Shown: positions 28,471 to 38,096, numbered from the stretch's first letter. The stretch is 58,976 nucleotides of DNA from an uncultured Thermodesulfobacteriota bacterium (GCA_964567185.1 CAZMKZ010000005.1:1-58976); one strand, 5' to 3'. Program-made: numbers and translations. Notes: generated from the sequence alone by a model not told the origin.

Positions 28471-28740
28471 TTATTTATCTCTGTCCGAGGTCAACCAATA
28501 ATGGCCGTTATCTCTCTCGAAGACCATGTTCTTCTCAAAGATATGCTCCATGCCCGCTGAAAAGCCGTATATCCTGAACTCGTCGAGTATGTCTCCAAGT
28601 GACTGGTACTGCCTTATGGTCTTGTACTCGCTCCAGCTCACCACGGGTTTTGCCTCAGGGGTTGAAATAGATATCTTCCTTCGCCTTTTCCTGTGCCCTT
28701 GCAGTTGCGACTTTTTCTTCAGCCCTGTAGAGTACTTCAT
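28471..28740 (-). CDS. Hypothetical basic protein
   Basis: GGAGG RBS before ATG 28740; overlaps the upstream regulator gene by 86 nt. Confidence 0.45.
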   Translation of the reverse strand: MKYSTGLKKKSQLQGHRKRRRKISISTPEAKPVVSWSEYKTIRQYQSLGDILDEFRIYGFSAGMEHIFEKNMVFERDNGHYWLTSDRDK

Positions 28741-28936
28741 ATGCCCTCCCAAGTGAAATTCTGTGACTCTTCGCGATGACTCTCATATGCGTGCTCCAGT
28801 AATGATACTCCACAAAAACAGCCCGCTCCCTCGGGCTTAGATCAGAGAGGGGCCATAAAAGGTCGCGCAGGCCCGGACCCTCTCCATTAAGTTTTCCGTA
28901 GAAAATATCCGTATCTATCTTTATCTTACCTGCCAA
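28655..28936 (-). CDS. Sigma70 region-4-like HTH transcription regulator
   Basis: LSDLSPRERAVFVEYHY..MRVIAKSHRISLGRAYEVLYRAEEKV; TTG start. Confidence 0.75.
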   Translation of the reverse strand: MAGKIKIDTDIFYGKLNGEGPGLRDLLWPLSDLSPRERAVFVEYHYWSTHMRVIAKSHRISLGRAYEVLYRAEEKVATARAQEKAKEDIYFNP

Positions 28937-29206
28937 CTTTTATCTCTCGAAATGTGAGTCCCGAGGGGGGACTGGAAAAATGGTCAACAATATCCTTAAT
29001 GTGCATTGCCGGGGCATATGCAAGAGAAAAATCTCTATTTAATAAATTGTTGAGACGAAAAAACCGGAATGGACAGCGCGAATCGAAAGGGACACCAGGT
29101 CAAATTGCGATAATAGACTTTATTAGGCCTATCAGGCAATCATCACGTGTTAAGATAACCCTTCAGTACCTCTCAGGCACGTTATCTTTAACCTATCATG
29201 ATAAAA

Positions 29207-29235
29207 AGTATACACTATATTTATATTATTGTCAA
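29207..29235 (-). promoter_or_regulatory. Near-consensus sigma70 promoter heading the phage-like cluster
   Basis: TTGACA-17 nt-TATACT with TG immediately 5' of the -10. Confidence 0.8.
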
Positions 29236-29368
29236 GAACTTATTTACAAAAAGGTGTGCTTCTAATGAACATACGAGGGGAACGTCTGCGCCGAGGGGGC
29301 TCTTTTGTGGATAAAACGCCAACAATATCAGTTTATTACAGGTACAGCGGAGATGGTCAGGGGAACCC

Positions 29369-30460
29369 TCAGACGGCAAACCTGAAGTGAAGTATATCGC
29401 CGTCTTTCAGAAGGTAGTCCTTGCCTTCAATCCTGACAAGGCCTTTTTCGCGGCATCGGGCCTCGCCCTGCCATTTTATGAAGTCTTCGTACTTTATTAC
29501 CTCGGCCTTGATAAAGCCGCGTTCAAAATCCGTATGTATGACACCGGCCGCTTCCGGGGCCTTTGCCCCGTCTCTCACGGTCCATGCCTTTACCTCCTGC
29601 TTGCCGGCGGTGAAAAAGGTTATAAGGCCGAGGAGACCGTAGGAGGCGCGCGCCAACCTGTCGAGCCCCGATTCCTTCAGCCCGAGGCCCTCGAGGAACT
29701 CGGCCCTCTCTTCTTCTGTCATCTCCGAGAGCTCCGACTCTATGGAGCCGCACATGGCCACATATGCGCCGCCGAGCCTCTTTGAGGCCTCGAGTACGCT
29801 CTTGGCGGCATCGCCGCGGCCATCAAGGTCATCCTCGCCTACGTTAGCTACATATACAACGGGTTTTGCCGTAATAAGGGAAAGGTCTTTAACAAGTTTG
29901 GCTGTTTCGCTATTGAGAACGCTTCTTGCGGGCCGTCCGTCCTCAAGGGCCTCCTTGAGTTTATCATAGATAGCAAGCATGCGTATGGCATCCTTATCGC
30001 CCGATTTTGCGAGCTTGGACGTGCGGTGATGCCTCCTTGTAACGGCGTCGAGGTCCGCGAGCATGAGCTCCGTCTCTACCACGTCTATATCATCCACAGG
30101 GGATATCTTACCCGCCACATGGACGACACCTGGGTCGTCAAAACACCTTACCACATGGGCTATCATATCCACCTCGCGGATATTTCCGAGAAAGCGGTTG
30201 CCAAGCCCCTCGCCACGGCTCGCGCCCTTTACAAGACCGGCTATATCCACGAACTCCACGGCCGTTGGCGTAATCTTATCGGGCTCTACAAGCTCGGCGA
30301 GTTTATCGAGCCTCTCGTCCCTCAATACCACCATGCCCACATTGGGGTCGATAGTGGTGAAGGGATAATTTGAAGAGGCGGCCCCGGCGCTTGTCATGGC
30401 GTTGAAGATGGTGGATTTACCCACGTTTGGGAGCCCTACTATGCCGCAGTTAAAACCCAT
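29369..30460 (-). CDS. ychF: Ribosome-binding ATPase YchF
   Basis: GIVGLPNVGKST, NYPFTTIDPN, DIAGLVKGAS, HTDFERGFI. Confidence 0.98.
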   Translation of the reverse strand: MGFNCGIVGLPNVGKSTIFNAMTSAGAASSNYPFTTIDPNVGMVVLRDERLDKLAELVEPDKITPTAVEFVDIAGLVKGASRGEGLGNRFLGNIREVDMIAHVVRCFDDPGVVHVAGKISPVDDIDVVETELMLADLDAVTRRHHRTSKLAKSGDKDAIRMLAIYDKLKEALEDGRPARSVLNSETAKLVKDLSLITAKPVVYVANVGEDDLDGRGDAAKSVLEASKRLGGAYVAMCGSIESELSEMTEEERAEFLEGLGLKESGLDRLARASYGLLGLITFFTAGKQEVKAWTVRDGAKAPEAAGVIHTDFERGFIKAEVIKYEDFIKWQGEARCREKGLVRIEGKDYLLKDGDILHFRFAV

Positions 30461-30528
30461 GAATATAAACCTTTTCAGTATTAAGGCCCATTATTCCGCC
30501 GCCCCCGCGGGCAAGGCCTCTGTGTCAT

Positions 30529-30567
30529 AAAAAGAGTCGGGGCGGTTCCATAAAACCGCCCCGACTC
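30529..30567 (-). terminator. Intrinsic terminator after hppA
   Basis: GAGTCGGGGCGGTT..AACCGCCCCGACTC perfect 14-bp stem followed by a U run. Confidence 0.8.
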
Positions 30568-30785
30568 GAGATATCTTATGGCCTGCCCACGGGAACCTCG
30601 GCCCCATGAGCCCAAAAGCGCCCGGCTCTTCAGCCTCAGGACGGTTTCTGTAGGGACAAAATCAGCTTACTCGTAAAAAACATCCCCACCGTCCTCTGCC
30701 CGCGGCTCATGAAAACGCCTGCCCCGGCAATCCGCTCCCCCGCCCCGCAAGGCCCCCCTGAATTACGCCCCGGCAACAGCCCCGT

Positions 30786-32807
30786 TCAGACAAGAAGTGG
30801 GGCTATGATGAGAGAGACAACGCTCATGAGCTTTATAAGGATGTTCATGGATGGCCCCGATGTATCTTTAAAGGGGTCTCCAACCGTGTCCCCAACCACG
30901 GCCGCCTTGTGCGCATCCGAGCCCTTGCCGCCGTGACTGCCCTGCTCGATAAACTTCTTGGCGTTATCCCATGCCCCGCCGGCGTTTGCCATGAATATGG
31001 CAAGGAGAACACCCGTCACCGTGGCACCGGCGAGCATGCCGCCAAGCGCGTAAGGGCCAAGTACGAAACCGACTATAATGGGCATGAAGAGGGCTATAAG
31101 GCCGGGAAGCACCATCTCCGTAAGCGCGGCCTTTGTGCTTATGTCTATGCATTTGGCAACATCAGGTTTTACCCCCTCCTTGCCCTCGAGGAGGCCTGGG
31201 ATTTCCCTGAACTGCCTTCTTATCTCGTTAACCATCTTAAAGGCGGCCTTACCCACGCTTGTCATGGTAAGGGCCCCGATGAGGAAGGGCAAGGTGCCTC
31301 CGATAAAGAGGCCTATTACGACCTTGGGGTCTGTAATAATAATCTCGAAGCTGTGCCCCATCTTCATGGTTATGGCCTGACTGTAGGCGGAGAACATGGC
31401 AAGGGCCGTCAAGGCCGCCGAACCAATGGCAAAGCCCTTGCCGATGGCCGCCGTCGTATTGCCAAGGGCGTCAAGGCTGTCCGTTATCTCTCTTACGTCC
31501 TCACCGAGACCGCTCATCTCCGAGATGCCGCCGGCGTTATCGGCTATTGGCCCGTAGGCGTCAACGCTCATGATTATGCCCGTTGTGGCCAGCATGCCCA
31601 CGGCCGCTATGCCTATGCCGTAAAGCCCGGCAAAATGGTTGGCTATGAATATGGCCACACAGATGGAGAGCAGCGGCAGGACCGTGCTCTCAAGTCCCAC
31701 GGCAAGACCGCTTATGATGTTCGTGGCCGCGCCGGTCTCACTTGCCTTCTCAATCCTGTGTACAGGACCGGCAGAGGTGTAATACTCCGTAATAAGCCCT
31801 ATGGCTATTCCGCAGACACATCCCGCGAAGACGGCCACGTATACGGACAGGGCTACGTGAGATGCGAATGTGCTGAAAAAGGCGAGGATGAGAAAAATGC
31901 CCGTGGCTATGAAGGTTGAGTAACGAAGGGCCGCCGCCGGGTTGAACTTCTCAAGATAATTCATCGCCGCTATGCCTATGACCGATGCGATAAGGCCAAC
32001 CATGGCGAGGATTAGCGGATATGACATAAGGGACATGCTTGTGCCGAGCTTTGCAGAGGTTGAGCCTGCTATTACCGTAGCTCCAAGGGCTATGGTGGCG
32101 ATGATAGAGCCAACATAAGACTCGAAGATATCGGCGCCGAGCCCGGCTACGTCGCCCACGTTGTCTCCCACATTATCGGCTATAACCCCGGGGTTACGCG
32201 GATCGTCCTCGGGAATACCGGCCTCTATCTTGCCCACAAGGTCGGCGCCCACATCGGCTGTCTTCGTATATATGCCCCCGCCCACCCTGGCGAAAAGGGC
32301 TATGGAAGAGGCCCCCATGGCAAAGCCGTTGATAACGGACGATGTCTCCGGGTACCCGTAAAAGTAGAAAAATAAACCTATGCCCACAAGTCCGAGGCTC
32401 GCAACGGAGAGCCCCATGACAGAGCCGCCGATAAAGGCCACGCTAAGGGCCTTGCCCGCGTTAGGCTTGTATCTCTTCGCCGCCTCCGCTGTCCTCACAT
32501 TTGCCTTTGTAGCGCCCTTCATGCCGAAGTACCCTGCGAGCATGGAGAAGAAGGCGCCGAAGAGGTAGGCCAACGCCGTGGAAAACCCGATAAAGATTGT
32601 GAGGGCTATGGCCGCGATTATTACGACGATAAAGAGTATCTTGTACTGCCTCTTCAGATAGACCATGGCCCCGTTGTGAATGAGCTCGGCGATTTCACGC
32701 ATCTTTGCGTCACCATCCGGCCGGCTGGTAACCATATAATACATGATACCGGCAAGAACAAGCCCGCCGAGTCCAAGCAGAGGCGCGAGAGTAGTAAGAA
32801 ATCCCAT
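30786..32807 (-). CDS. hppA: Membrane-bound cation-translocating pyrophosphatase (K+-dependent, probably Na+)
   Basis: [42 protein letters not shown]. Confidence 0.97.
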   Translation of the reverse strand: MGFLTTLAPLLGLGGLVLAGIMYYMVTSRPDGDAKMREIAELIHNGAMVYLKRQYKILFIVVIIAAIALTIFIGFSTALAYLFGAFFSMLAGYFGMKGATKANVRTAEAAKRYKPNAGKALSVAFIGGSVMGLSVASLGLVGIGLFFYFYGYPETSSVINGFAMGASSIALFARVGGGIYTKTADVGADLVGKIEAGIPEDDPRNPGVIADNVGDNVGDVAGLGADIFESYVGSIIATIALGATVIAGSTSAKLGTSMSLMSYPLILAMVGLIASVIGIAAMNYLEKFNPAAALRYSTFIATGIFLILAFFSTFASHVALSVYVAVFAGCVCGIAIGLITEYYTSAGPVHRIEKASETGAATNIISGLAVGLESTVLPLLSICVAIFIANHFAGLYGIGIAAVGMLATTGIIMSVDAYGPIADNAGGISEMSGLGEDVREITDSLDALGNTTAAIGKGFAIGSAALTALAMFSAYSQAITMKMGHSFEIIITDPKVVIGLFIGGTLPFLIGALTMTSVGKAAFKMVNEIRRQFREIPGLLEGKEGVKPDVAKCIDISTKAALTEMVLPGLIALFMPIIVGFVLGPYALGGMLAGATVTGVLLAIFMANAGGAWDNAKKFIEQGSHGGKGSDAHKAAVVGDTVGDPFKDTSGPSMNILIKLMSVVSLIIAPLLV

Positions 32808-32885
32808 AATTTTTCTTTACTCCTTTCGTAAAAAATTTTAGATAAAAAAGGGGCTAATTCTTCGACGACATAGCCCGTTTAGCGG

Positions 32886-33440
32886 CTAATTGAACCTGTT
32901 CATCGCGCTTTCAATCCCCTCAGCGATAAAGACATCAATGGAAGATACTGCGCGTTCAAGCATTTGTTCAAGGGCCTCACGCTCGCCTGGCCTGAAGGCG
33001 CCAAGCACATGGGACGTAAGGTCTCCAAACTCCGGCCTGCCTATGCCGAGACGGAGCCTTGGAAAATCCGGACTGCCAAGGCACTCTATCACCGAGGCAA
33101 GCCCCCTGTGCCCGCCGCTCCCCCCCGATGGCTTTATCCTTACAGTACCAAGGGGCAGCTCACAGTCATCATAGACCACAAGCACAGAGTCAAGAGAGAG
33201 CTCAAATTTGCGAACAAAGGCCCCGACGGCCTTGCCGCTGAGGTTCATAAAGGACATGGGCTTTATGAGCGCCACGGCCAGCCCATCTATGGAGCCCCTT
33301 CCCCAGAGAGCCCCGTGCCCACGCATGGCGCACTTTATCCCGTAACGCCGCGCAAGCCTCTCAAGAAACATGAACCCCACGTTGTGACGGGTATTCGCAT
33401 ATTCACTGCCGGGATTTCCGAGGCCCGCTATAAGTAGCAA
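32886..33440 (-). CDS. pth: Peptidyl-tRNA hydrolase
   Basis: GLGNPG..TRHNVG, MNLSG, GGHRG, RLRLGIGRP. Confidence 0.96.
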   Translation of the reverse strand: MLLIAGLGNPGSEYANTRHNVGFMFLERLARRYGIKCAMRGHGALWGRGSIDGLAVALIKPMSFMNLSGKAVGAFVRKFELSLDSVLVVYDDCELPLGTVRIKPSGGSGGHRGLASVIECLGSPDFPRLRLGIGRPEFGDLTSHVLGAFRPGEREALEQMLERAVSSIDVFIAEGIESAMNRFN

Positions 33441-33566
33441 GTATCCTTTCCTGTATATAACATCTTAAAAGCGCCGCATACCGGGACGCTGCCCTGAATA
33501 TAGACCGCGCCCCGCCACAGGGCGGAAATAATCTTATGGGAACGGCCCGGCAAGTACCCCTGCGGG

Positions 33567-34229
33567 CTACTCCTTCTTCTCCTCCGAGCCCTCTTCTTCT
33601 TTTTCCTCGAAGCTCTTTGCCAGCTCCTCTGCGGCCTCTTCGCCGCTGACGACCTCTTCTTCTGCCGCCGGGGCTACAATGGAGAGCACCGTAAGCTCAT
33701 CGTCGTCCGTAATCCTCACGCCTTCAGGAAGGTTTATATCTTTAAGGTGGATGGCCTCGCCGAGACCAAGCTCCGTTATATCGACAGTGAGGCTGTCCGG
33801 TATGCTCCTTGGCATACACTCGACGGTCATCTTCCTGACGCCGTGCTGGACTATTCCGCCGAGGACCACTCCCCTGGCCTTGCCTGTTATGTGTATGGGC
33901 ACCTCAACGCTGATAAGCGTACCGTAGATAACGTGTATAAGGTCCACGTGCTCTATGAAGTTGGTTACAGGATGGCGGACGACCTCTTTGAACATGGCCG
34001 TCTTTTTTTCCTCTCCGGCGATATCAAGTGTGACTATTACGTTGGCCCCTGCAGAGAGATGCAGGACCCTCTCAAGCTCTTTCGCATTGATGCTGAGGGG
34101 CAGGGACTTTTCTATACCCGGCCCGTAGAGCACGCCGGGAGCCAAGCCCTCTCTTCTCATCTTTCGGGCCGTCGCCCTACCCGTGATGTCTCTTATGCCT
34201 GCCTGCAGGCTTATCTCTTGCAGTTCCAT
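33567..34229 (-). CDS. rplY: 50S ribosomal protein L25/Ctc
   Basis: RREGLAPGVLYG, HVD, acidic tail; prs-rplY-pth synteny. Confidence 0.95.
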   Translation of the reverse strand: MELQEISLQAGIRDITGRATARKMRREGLAPGVLYGPGIEKSLPLSINAKELERVLHLSAGANVIVTLDIAGEEKKTAMFKEVVRHPVTNFIEHVDLIHVIYGTLISVEVPIHITGKARGVVLGGIVQHGVRKMTVECMPRSIPDSLTVDITELGLGEAIHLKDINLPEGVRITDDDELTVLSIVAPAAEEEVVSGEEAAEELAKSFEEKEEEGSEEKKE

Positions 34230-34304
34230 TAAAAATTCCTCCGTGGATATTGTTTTCAGTTATGTTAAAATCGTCTTCCCTGAAGCAAAAAAAACTTGTA
34301 ACTA

Positions 34305-35243
34305 TCAGACAAAGAGGGAGCTTATGGAGCCCCCGCTATGTATTCTCTTTATGGCCTCGGCAAGAAGTGGGCCTATGGAGGCTACCTTTATCTTACCGCA
34401 TGCCTTGCCCCTCTCATCAAGGGGTATTGTATTTGTCACCACCACTTCCTTTATGGGCGAGGCATCAAGACGGCTTATGGCGGGACCGGATAATACGGGA
34501 TGGGTACAGCAGGCATAGACCTCTTTAGCGCCGAAGCCCTCAAGGGCGGATGCCGCCTGCGTAATAGTGCCGGCCGTATCTATCATATCGTCAAGCAGTA
34601 TGGCGGTCTTACCCTCTACATCACCAACAACATGCATGACCTCGGAGACATTCGGCGCTGAACGCCTCTTGTCTATGATGGCGATGCTCGCGCCAAGCCT
34701 TTTCGCAAAGGCGCGCGTCCTCTCCACGCCGCCGGCGTCAGGTGAGACTATGACAACGTTATCATGGAAACGCGACCTTATATGGTCCAGAAGCACAGGG
34801 GTGGCGAAGAGGTTATCAACGGGTATATCAAAAAAGCCCTGAATCTGTCCGGCGTGAAGGTCCATGCAGACAACACGCGTTGCCCCGGCAGTGGCTATGA
34901 GGTCTGCCACGAGCTTGGCCGAGATGGGCGACCTCGGGGCTACCTTCCTGTCCTGCCTGGCGTAGCCGTAATAAGGGATAACGGCGGTAATAGACTGGGC
35001 AGAGGCCCGCTTGAGGGCATCGAGCATGATAAGGAGTTCCATGAGGTTATGGTTTCCCGGATTGGAGGTAGACTGAACCACATATACCTCACTACACCTC
35101 ACACTATCCTGAATATCAACGCATATCTCACCGTCGCTGAAGGACTTAACCTCCACGTTTCCAAGCTCTACGCCAAGATGAGAGGAAATCTCCATGGAGA
35201 GGGGTTTATTGGAATTTCCTGAAAAAAGTTTTATGTTCTTCAT
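34305..35243 (-). CDS. prs: Ribose-phosphate pyrophosphokinase
   Basis: [42 protein letters not shown]. Confidence 0.98.
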   Translation of the reverse strand: MKNIKLFSGNSNKPLSMEISSHLGVELGNVEVKSFSDGEICVDIQDSVRCSEVYVVQSTSNPGNHNLMELLIMLDALKRASAQSITAVIPYYGYARQDRKVAPRSPISAKLVADLIATAGATRVVCMDLHAGQIQGFFDIPVDNLFATPVLLDHIRSRFHDNVVIVSPDAGGVERTRAFAKRLGASIAIIDKRRSAPNVSEVMHVVGDVEGKTAILLDDMIDTAGTITQAASALEGFGAKEVYACCTHPVLSGPAISRLDASPIKEVVVTNTIPLDERGKACGKIKVASIGPLLAEAIKRIHSGGSISSLFV

Positions 35244-35284
35244 CTAAATTCCGAGACAGGGACAATGGTTTGTGACAACAATAA

Positions 35285-35359
35285 TGGCTGGGGCGGGAGG
35301 ATTCGAACCTCCGATAACGGGGATCAAAACCCCGTGCCTTGCCGCTTGGCGACGCCCCA
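35285..35359 (-). tRNA. tRNA-Gln(TTG)
   Basis: TGGGGCGTCGCCAAGCGGCAAGGCACGGGGTTTTGATCCCCG...GGTTCGAATCCTCCCGCCCCAGCCA. Confidence 0.97.
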
Positions 35360-35598
35360 AGTCCTGTATACCGGTATGCCGCAAGCAAAAAGAACACCGT
35401 TATAATAACGGCGTGTTATCAATAAAAGATTCTTCTTTATAAGGCTCCGAAAAAGGGGCTTGCGCCATCAATTTCTTTCAATACATACACCTGATCAGGC
35501 ACTGATGTTCTGACAGGTCCGCCCATCTGCCCCGGCGTTCTCCGCCAACCTGACCCTACCGGCTCCGCTCACCTGCCCCGGCCCCGAATCAGGCCCCT

Positions 35599-36456
35599 TT
35601 ACAGGCCCCTTGCGAGAAAAATAGCGGCGTGGCTCCCGCCAAGACTCTCGTTCAAGAAATTGAAGGCCTCTTTTGCCTTTTCTTCTTCTGCAAAGAGACC
35701 AAATACAGTAGGTCCGCTACCTGACATGAGCGCCCCACTGGCCCCTGACTGCAAAACAAGCCTCTTCAGCCTCTCAATCTCAGGAAACTTCCTGATAGTG
35801 ACGGCCTCCAGGTCATTGGTGAGATTATCCGCAAGGGTTTTTGCGCTCTCAAAAAGCCTATCAGAATAAATTAAGATATTATCTTCAGGGTTATTTGTCA
35901 AGTCCAAATTCTCGTAAACCCATTTGGTAGAGACGGAAAACCCGGGATTTATCAGAACATAGTAGAGGGACGGCGTCTTGATTGCCCGTAAGACCTCTCC
36001 CCTTCCCGTGGCTATGGCCGGGGTCTTCATTATAAAAAAGGGCACGTCCGAGCCAATTTCGGCGGCCATCCCTTTAAGTTCATCATCGCTTAGCCCTGCA
36101 TTGAGCATCTTATTGAGAGAGCTGAGCACCGTAGCCGCGTTGGAGCTTCCGCCGCCGAGCCCGGCGCCAACGGGTATGAGCTTGTCTATTTTTATGCTTA
36201 CAGACCTTTTCAGGGCTGTTTTTTCCAAAAAAAGGCTCGCCGCCCTGAAGGCGAGGTTCGAGCTGTCCGCGGGGACCCCGGCATGATGGCACTCAATGGA
36301 TATGCCGTCACCGGGGGCCGTCTCTATTGATATTTCATCAAATAACGAGACTGGCTGCATAAGGGTGTAGAGGTCGTGGTAACCATCGGCTCTTTTTCCG
36401 AGGACCTTCAGCAGCAGGTTTATCTTGGCGGGAGATAAGGCGGAGATACTACTCAT
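35599..36456 (-). CDS. ispE: 4-diphosphocytidyl-2-C-methyl-D-erythritol kinase
   Basis: PAKINL..DGYH, IPVGAGLGGGSSNAA, GSDVPFF, MSGSGPT. True start is ATG 36456. Confidence 0.96.
   Translation of the reverse strand: MSSISALSPAKINLLLKVLGKRADGYHDLYTLMQPVSLFDEISIETAPGDGISIECHHAGVPADSSNLAFRAASLFLEKTALKRSVSIKIDKLIPVGAGLGGGSSNAATVLSSLNKMLNAGLSDDELKGMAAEIGSDVPFFIMKTPAIATGRGEVLRAIKTPSLYYVLINPGFSVSTKWVYENLDLTNNPEDNILIYSDRLFESAKTLADNLTNDLEAVTIRKFPEIERLKRLVLQSGASGALMSGSGPTVFGLFAEEEKAKEAFNFLNESLGGSHAAIFLARGL
35873..35901 (-). promoter_or_regulatory. Promoter inside ispE for tRNA-Gln-prs-rplY-pth
   Basis: TTGACA-17 nt-TATCTT in an AT-rich patch of the CDS. Confidence 0.6.
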
Positions 36457-36631
36457 CTTTAAGGGTAAAGTCCGTTCTCTTCTTAGGGGTGGCCCATCCC
36501 AATGCGCCCAAAAAAAGGCCAAAGAGCGAAAAATTGGTTGTGGTGTCAAAGGGGAGCTTCCACCAGCTCGGCCTCCTGGTCTGCAACTCCGTAAGGTCGG
36601 GGGTATCTTTTCGGGTATCACTCATGGTCAT
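36449..36631 (-). CDS. 60-aa hypothetical protein
   Basis: Starts 8 nt after the nuoN stop with GAGG RBS; overlaps the ispE start; short hydrophobic stretch. Confidence 0.5.
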   Translation of the reverse strand: MTMSDTRKDTPDLTELQTRRPSWWKLPFDTTTNFSLFGLFLGALGWATPKKRTDFTLKDE

Positions 36632-36638
36632 GCGCCTC

Positions 36639-38096
36639 TTACATGAAAAACGGTTTTGCCGCCTTTATGGCAAGGTTAAGGAAGGGCTGTGGATAAAGGC
36701 CCAGAAAGACCGTGCCTGCGGCGGTACAGAAAAGCACGATGTTATACCACACACATGTGCCCGGATGCTCAACGCCGTCCCCGGCCTCTTTTATGAACAT
36801 ATAGAAGATTACCCTTGCGTAGAAAAAGAGCGAGATGACGGTGCTCACAACCCCTATGGAGGCAAGCCAGTAATAGTGTCCTCTTACGGCGGCGGAGAGG
36901 ATAAAGAACTTCGCCGTAAAGCCGCCTGTGGGCGGTATGCCCGCAAGGGACAGCATAAAGAGGGCCATGAGGAAGGCAAGCACGGGCCGCGTTGAGATAA
37001 GGCCGCTGTAATCGCTTACATTCTCTCCCCGTTTGCGCCCCCCCGCATCGCTACGCAGGTGAGTAACGATGACAAAGGCGCCCATGTTCATGAAGAGGTA
37101 TACAAGGAAGTAGTACATGATGCCGGCAACGCCGATATCGTTGAATACGAGAAGACCTATAAGGATGATGCCGGCATGCGTTATGCTCGAATAGGCGAGC
37201 ATCCTTATGATGTTTTTCTGTGATATGGCCACAACGCTGCCGAATATCATCGTGGCCGCCGAGAGTATCCAGAGGACCTCGGCCCACTGTGGCTGTATGG
37301 ACGGGAAGGCCACCAGAAAAACCCGGAGGAAGGCGGCAAAGGCCGCGGCCTTCGAGCCGATGGAAAGGAGCGCCGTAACAGGCGTTGGCGCGCCCTCGTA
37401 TACGTCGGGGGCCCACAGGTGGAACGGGAAGGCCGCCACCTTGAAGCCGAAGCCCACCACTATGAAGATAAGACCAAAGGTCAGGTAAGAACCGCCCCGC
37501 CCGCTAACGAGCCCATTTGCTATCTCGTTAAGGTTGGTGGAACCGGCGGACCCGTAGGCAAAGGCGATGCCGTAGAGCAGTACGCCCGAAGAGAGCGCCC
37601 CGAGGACAAGGTACTTCAGCGCGCCCTCCACAGAGCGGCTGTCTCCGGTCCTGAAGGCCACGAGGATATAAAACGACATGGCCATGAGCTCAAGGCCCAC
37701 ATAGAGGCTGATAAGATCGTTGGCCGAGGCCATGACCATCATGCCAACAGTGGCGATGAGGATTATGTGGTAAAACTCTCCCCTTCCCATGCCGCTCTTT
37801 TTAAGATAATCCATGGATATGATTATGGTGAAGAGGGAGGCCAGGATGAATATGACATTAAAGTAGGCCGAAAATCCGTCGGCCAGGACCGTTCCGCCAA
37901 AAGACGGGGCTGTCTCGTTGGTCATTATCGCCACTGGCAGGATGGCCAGCAGTCCGATGATGCTGATATAACCGAGGACGGCCTTGTCCTTGCGCTTTAT
38001 AAAGAAGTCCACTACGAGGACGAGCAGCGCAAGCCCGGTGGTAAGTATCTCCGGCATTATGGAAGACAGGTTTATGTTCAGGTTCACTAAATCCAT
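36639..38096 (-). CDS. nuoN: NADH-quinone oxidoreductase subunit N
   Basis: FKVAAFPFHLWAPDVYEGAP, RMLAYSS, SLAGIPP. Confidence 0.97.
   Translation of the reverse strand: MDLVNLNINLSSIMPEILTTGLALLVLVVDFFIKRKDKAVLGYISIIGLLAILPVAIMTNETAPSFGGTVLADGFSAYFNVIFILASLFTIIISMDYLKKSGMGRGEFYHIILIATVGMMVMASANDLISLYVGLELMAMSFYILVAFRTGDSRSVEGALKYLVLGALSSGVLLYGIAFAYGSAGSTNLNEIANGLVSGRGGSYLTFGLIFIVVGFGFKVAAFPFHLWAPDVYEGAPTPVTALLSIGSKAAAFAAFLRVFLVAFPSIQPQWAEVLWILSAATMIFGSVVAISQKNIIRMLAYSSITHAGIILIGLLVFNDIGVAGIMYYFLVYLFMNMGAFVIVTHLRSDAGGRKRGENVSDYSGLISTRPVLAFLMALFMLSLAGIPPTGGFTAKFFILSAAVRGHYYWLASIGVVSTVISLFFYARVIFYMFIKEAGDGVEHPGTCVWYNIVLFCTAAGTVFLGLYPQPFLNLAIKAAKPFFM

Larger units (their letters stand above)
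7767..29235 (-). mobile_element. Phage-derived head-tail-lysis cluster lacking integrase/replication genes (GTA-like or domesticated prophage)
   Basis: ~28 co-oriented, tightly coupled ORFs in canonical packaging-head-neck-tail-lysis order, flanked directly by housekeeping genes. Confidence 0.85.

Noticed and set aside
28954-29265. Plus-strand 103-aa ORF as a divergent repressor
   Set aside because: No HTH or peptidase signature; it runs antisense through the promoter and leader, and it converges on ychF without a clear RBS.
7740-29368. Active integrated prophage with att sites
   Set aside because: No integrase, excisionase, repressor or replication ORF, and no direct repeat shared by the two boundaries by eye. 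A decayed prophage is not fully excluded.
36457-36621. 55-aa N-terminal extension of IspE
   Set aside because: IspE homology begins at MSSISALSPAKINL (36456); the region is better explained by the 60-aa ORF in another frame.
36689-36697. DnaA box or replication origin
   Set aside because: A single 9-mer within the nuoN coding sequence, with no box cluster or unwinding element.
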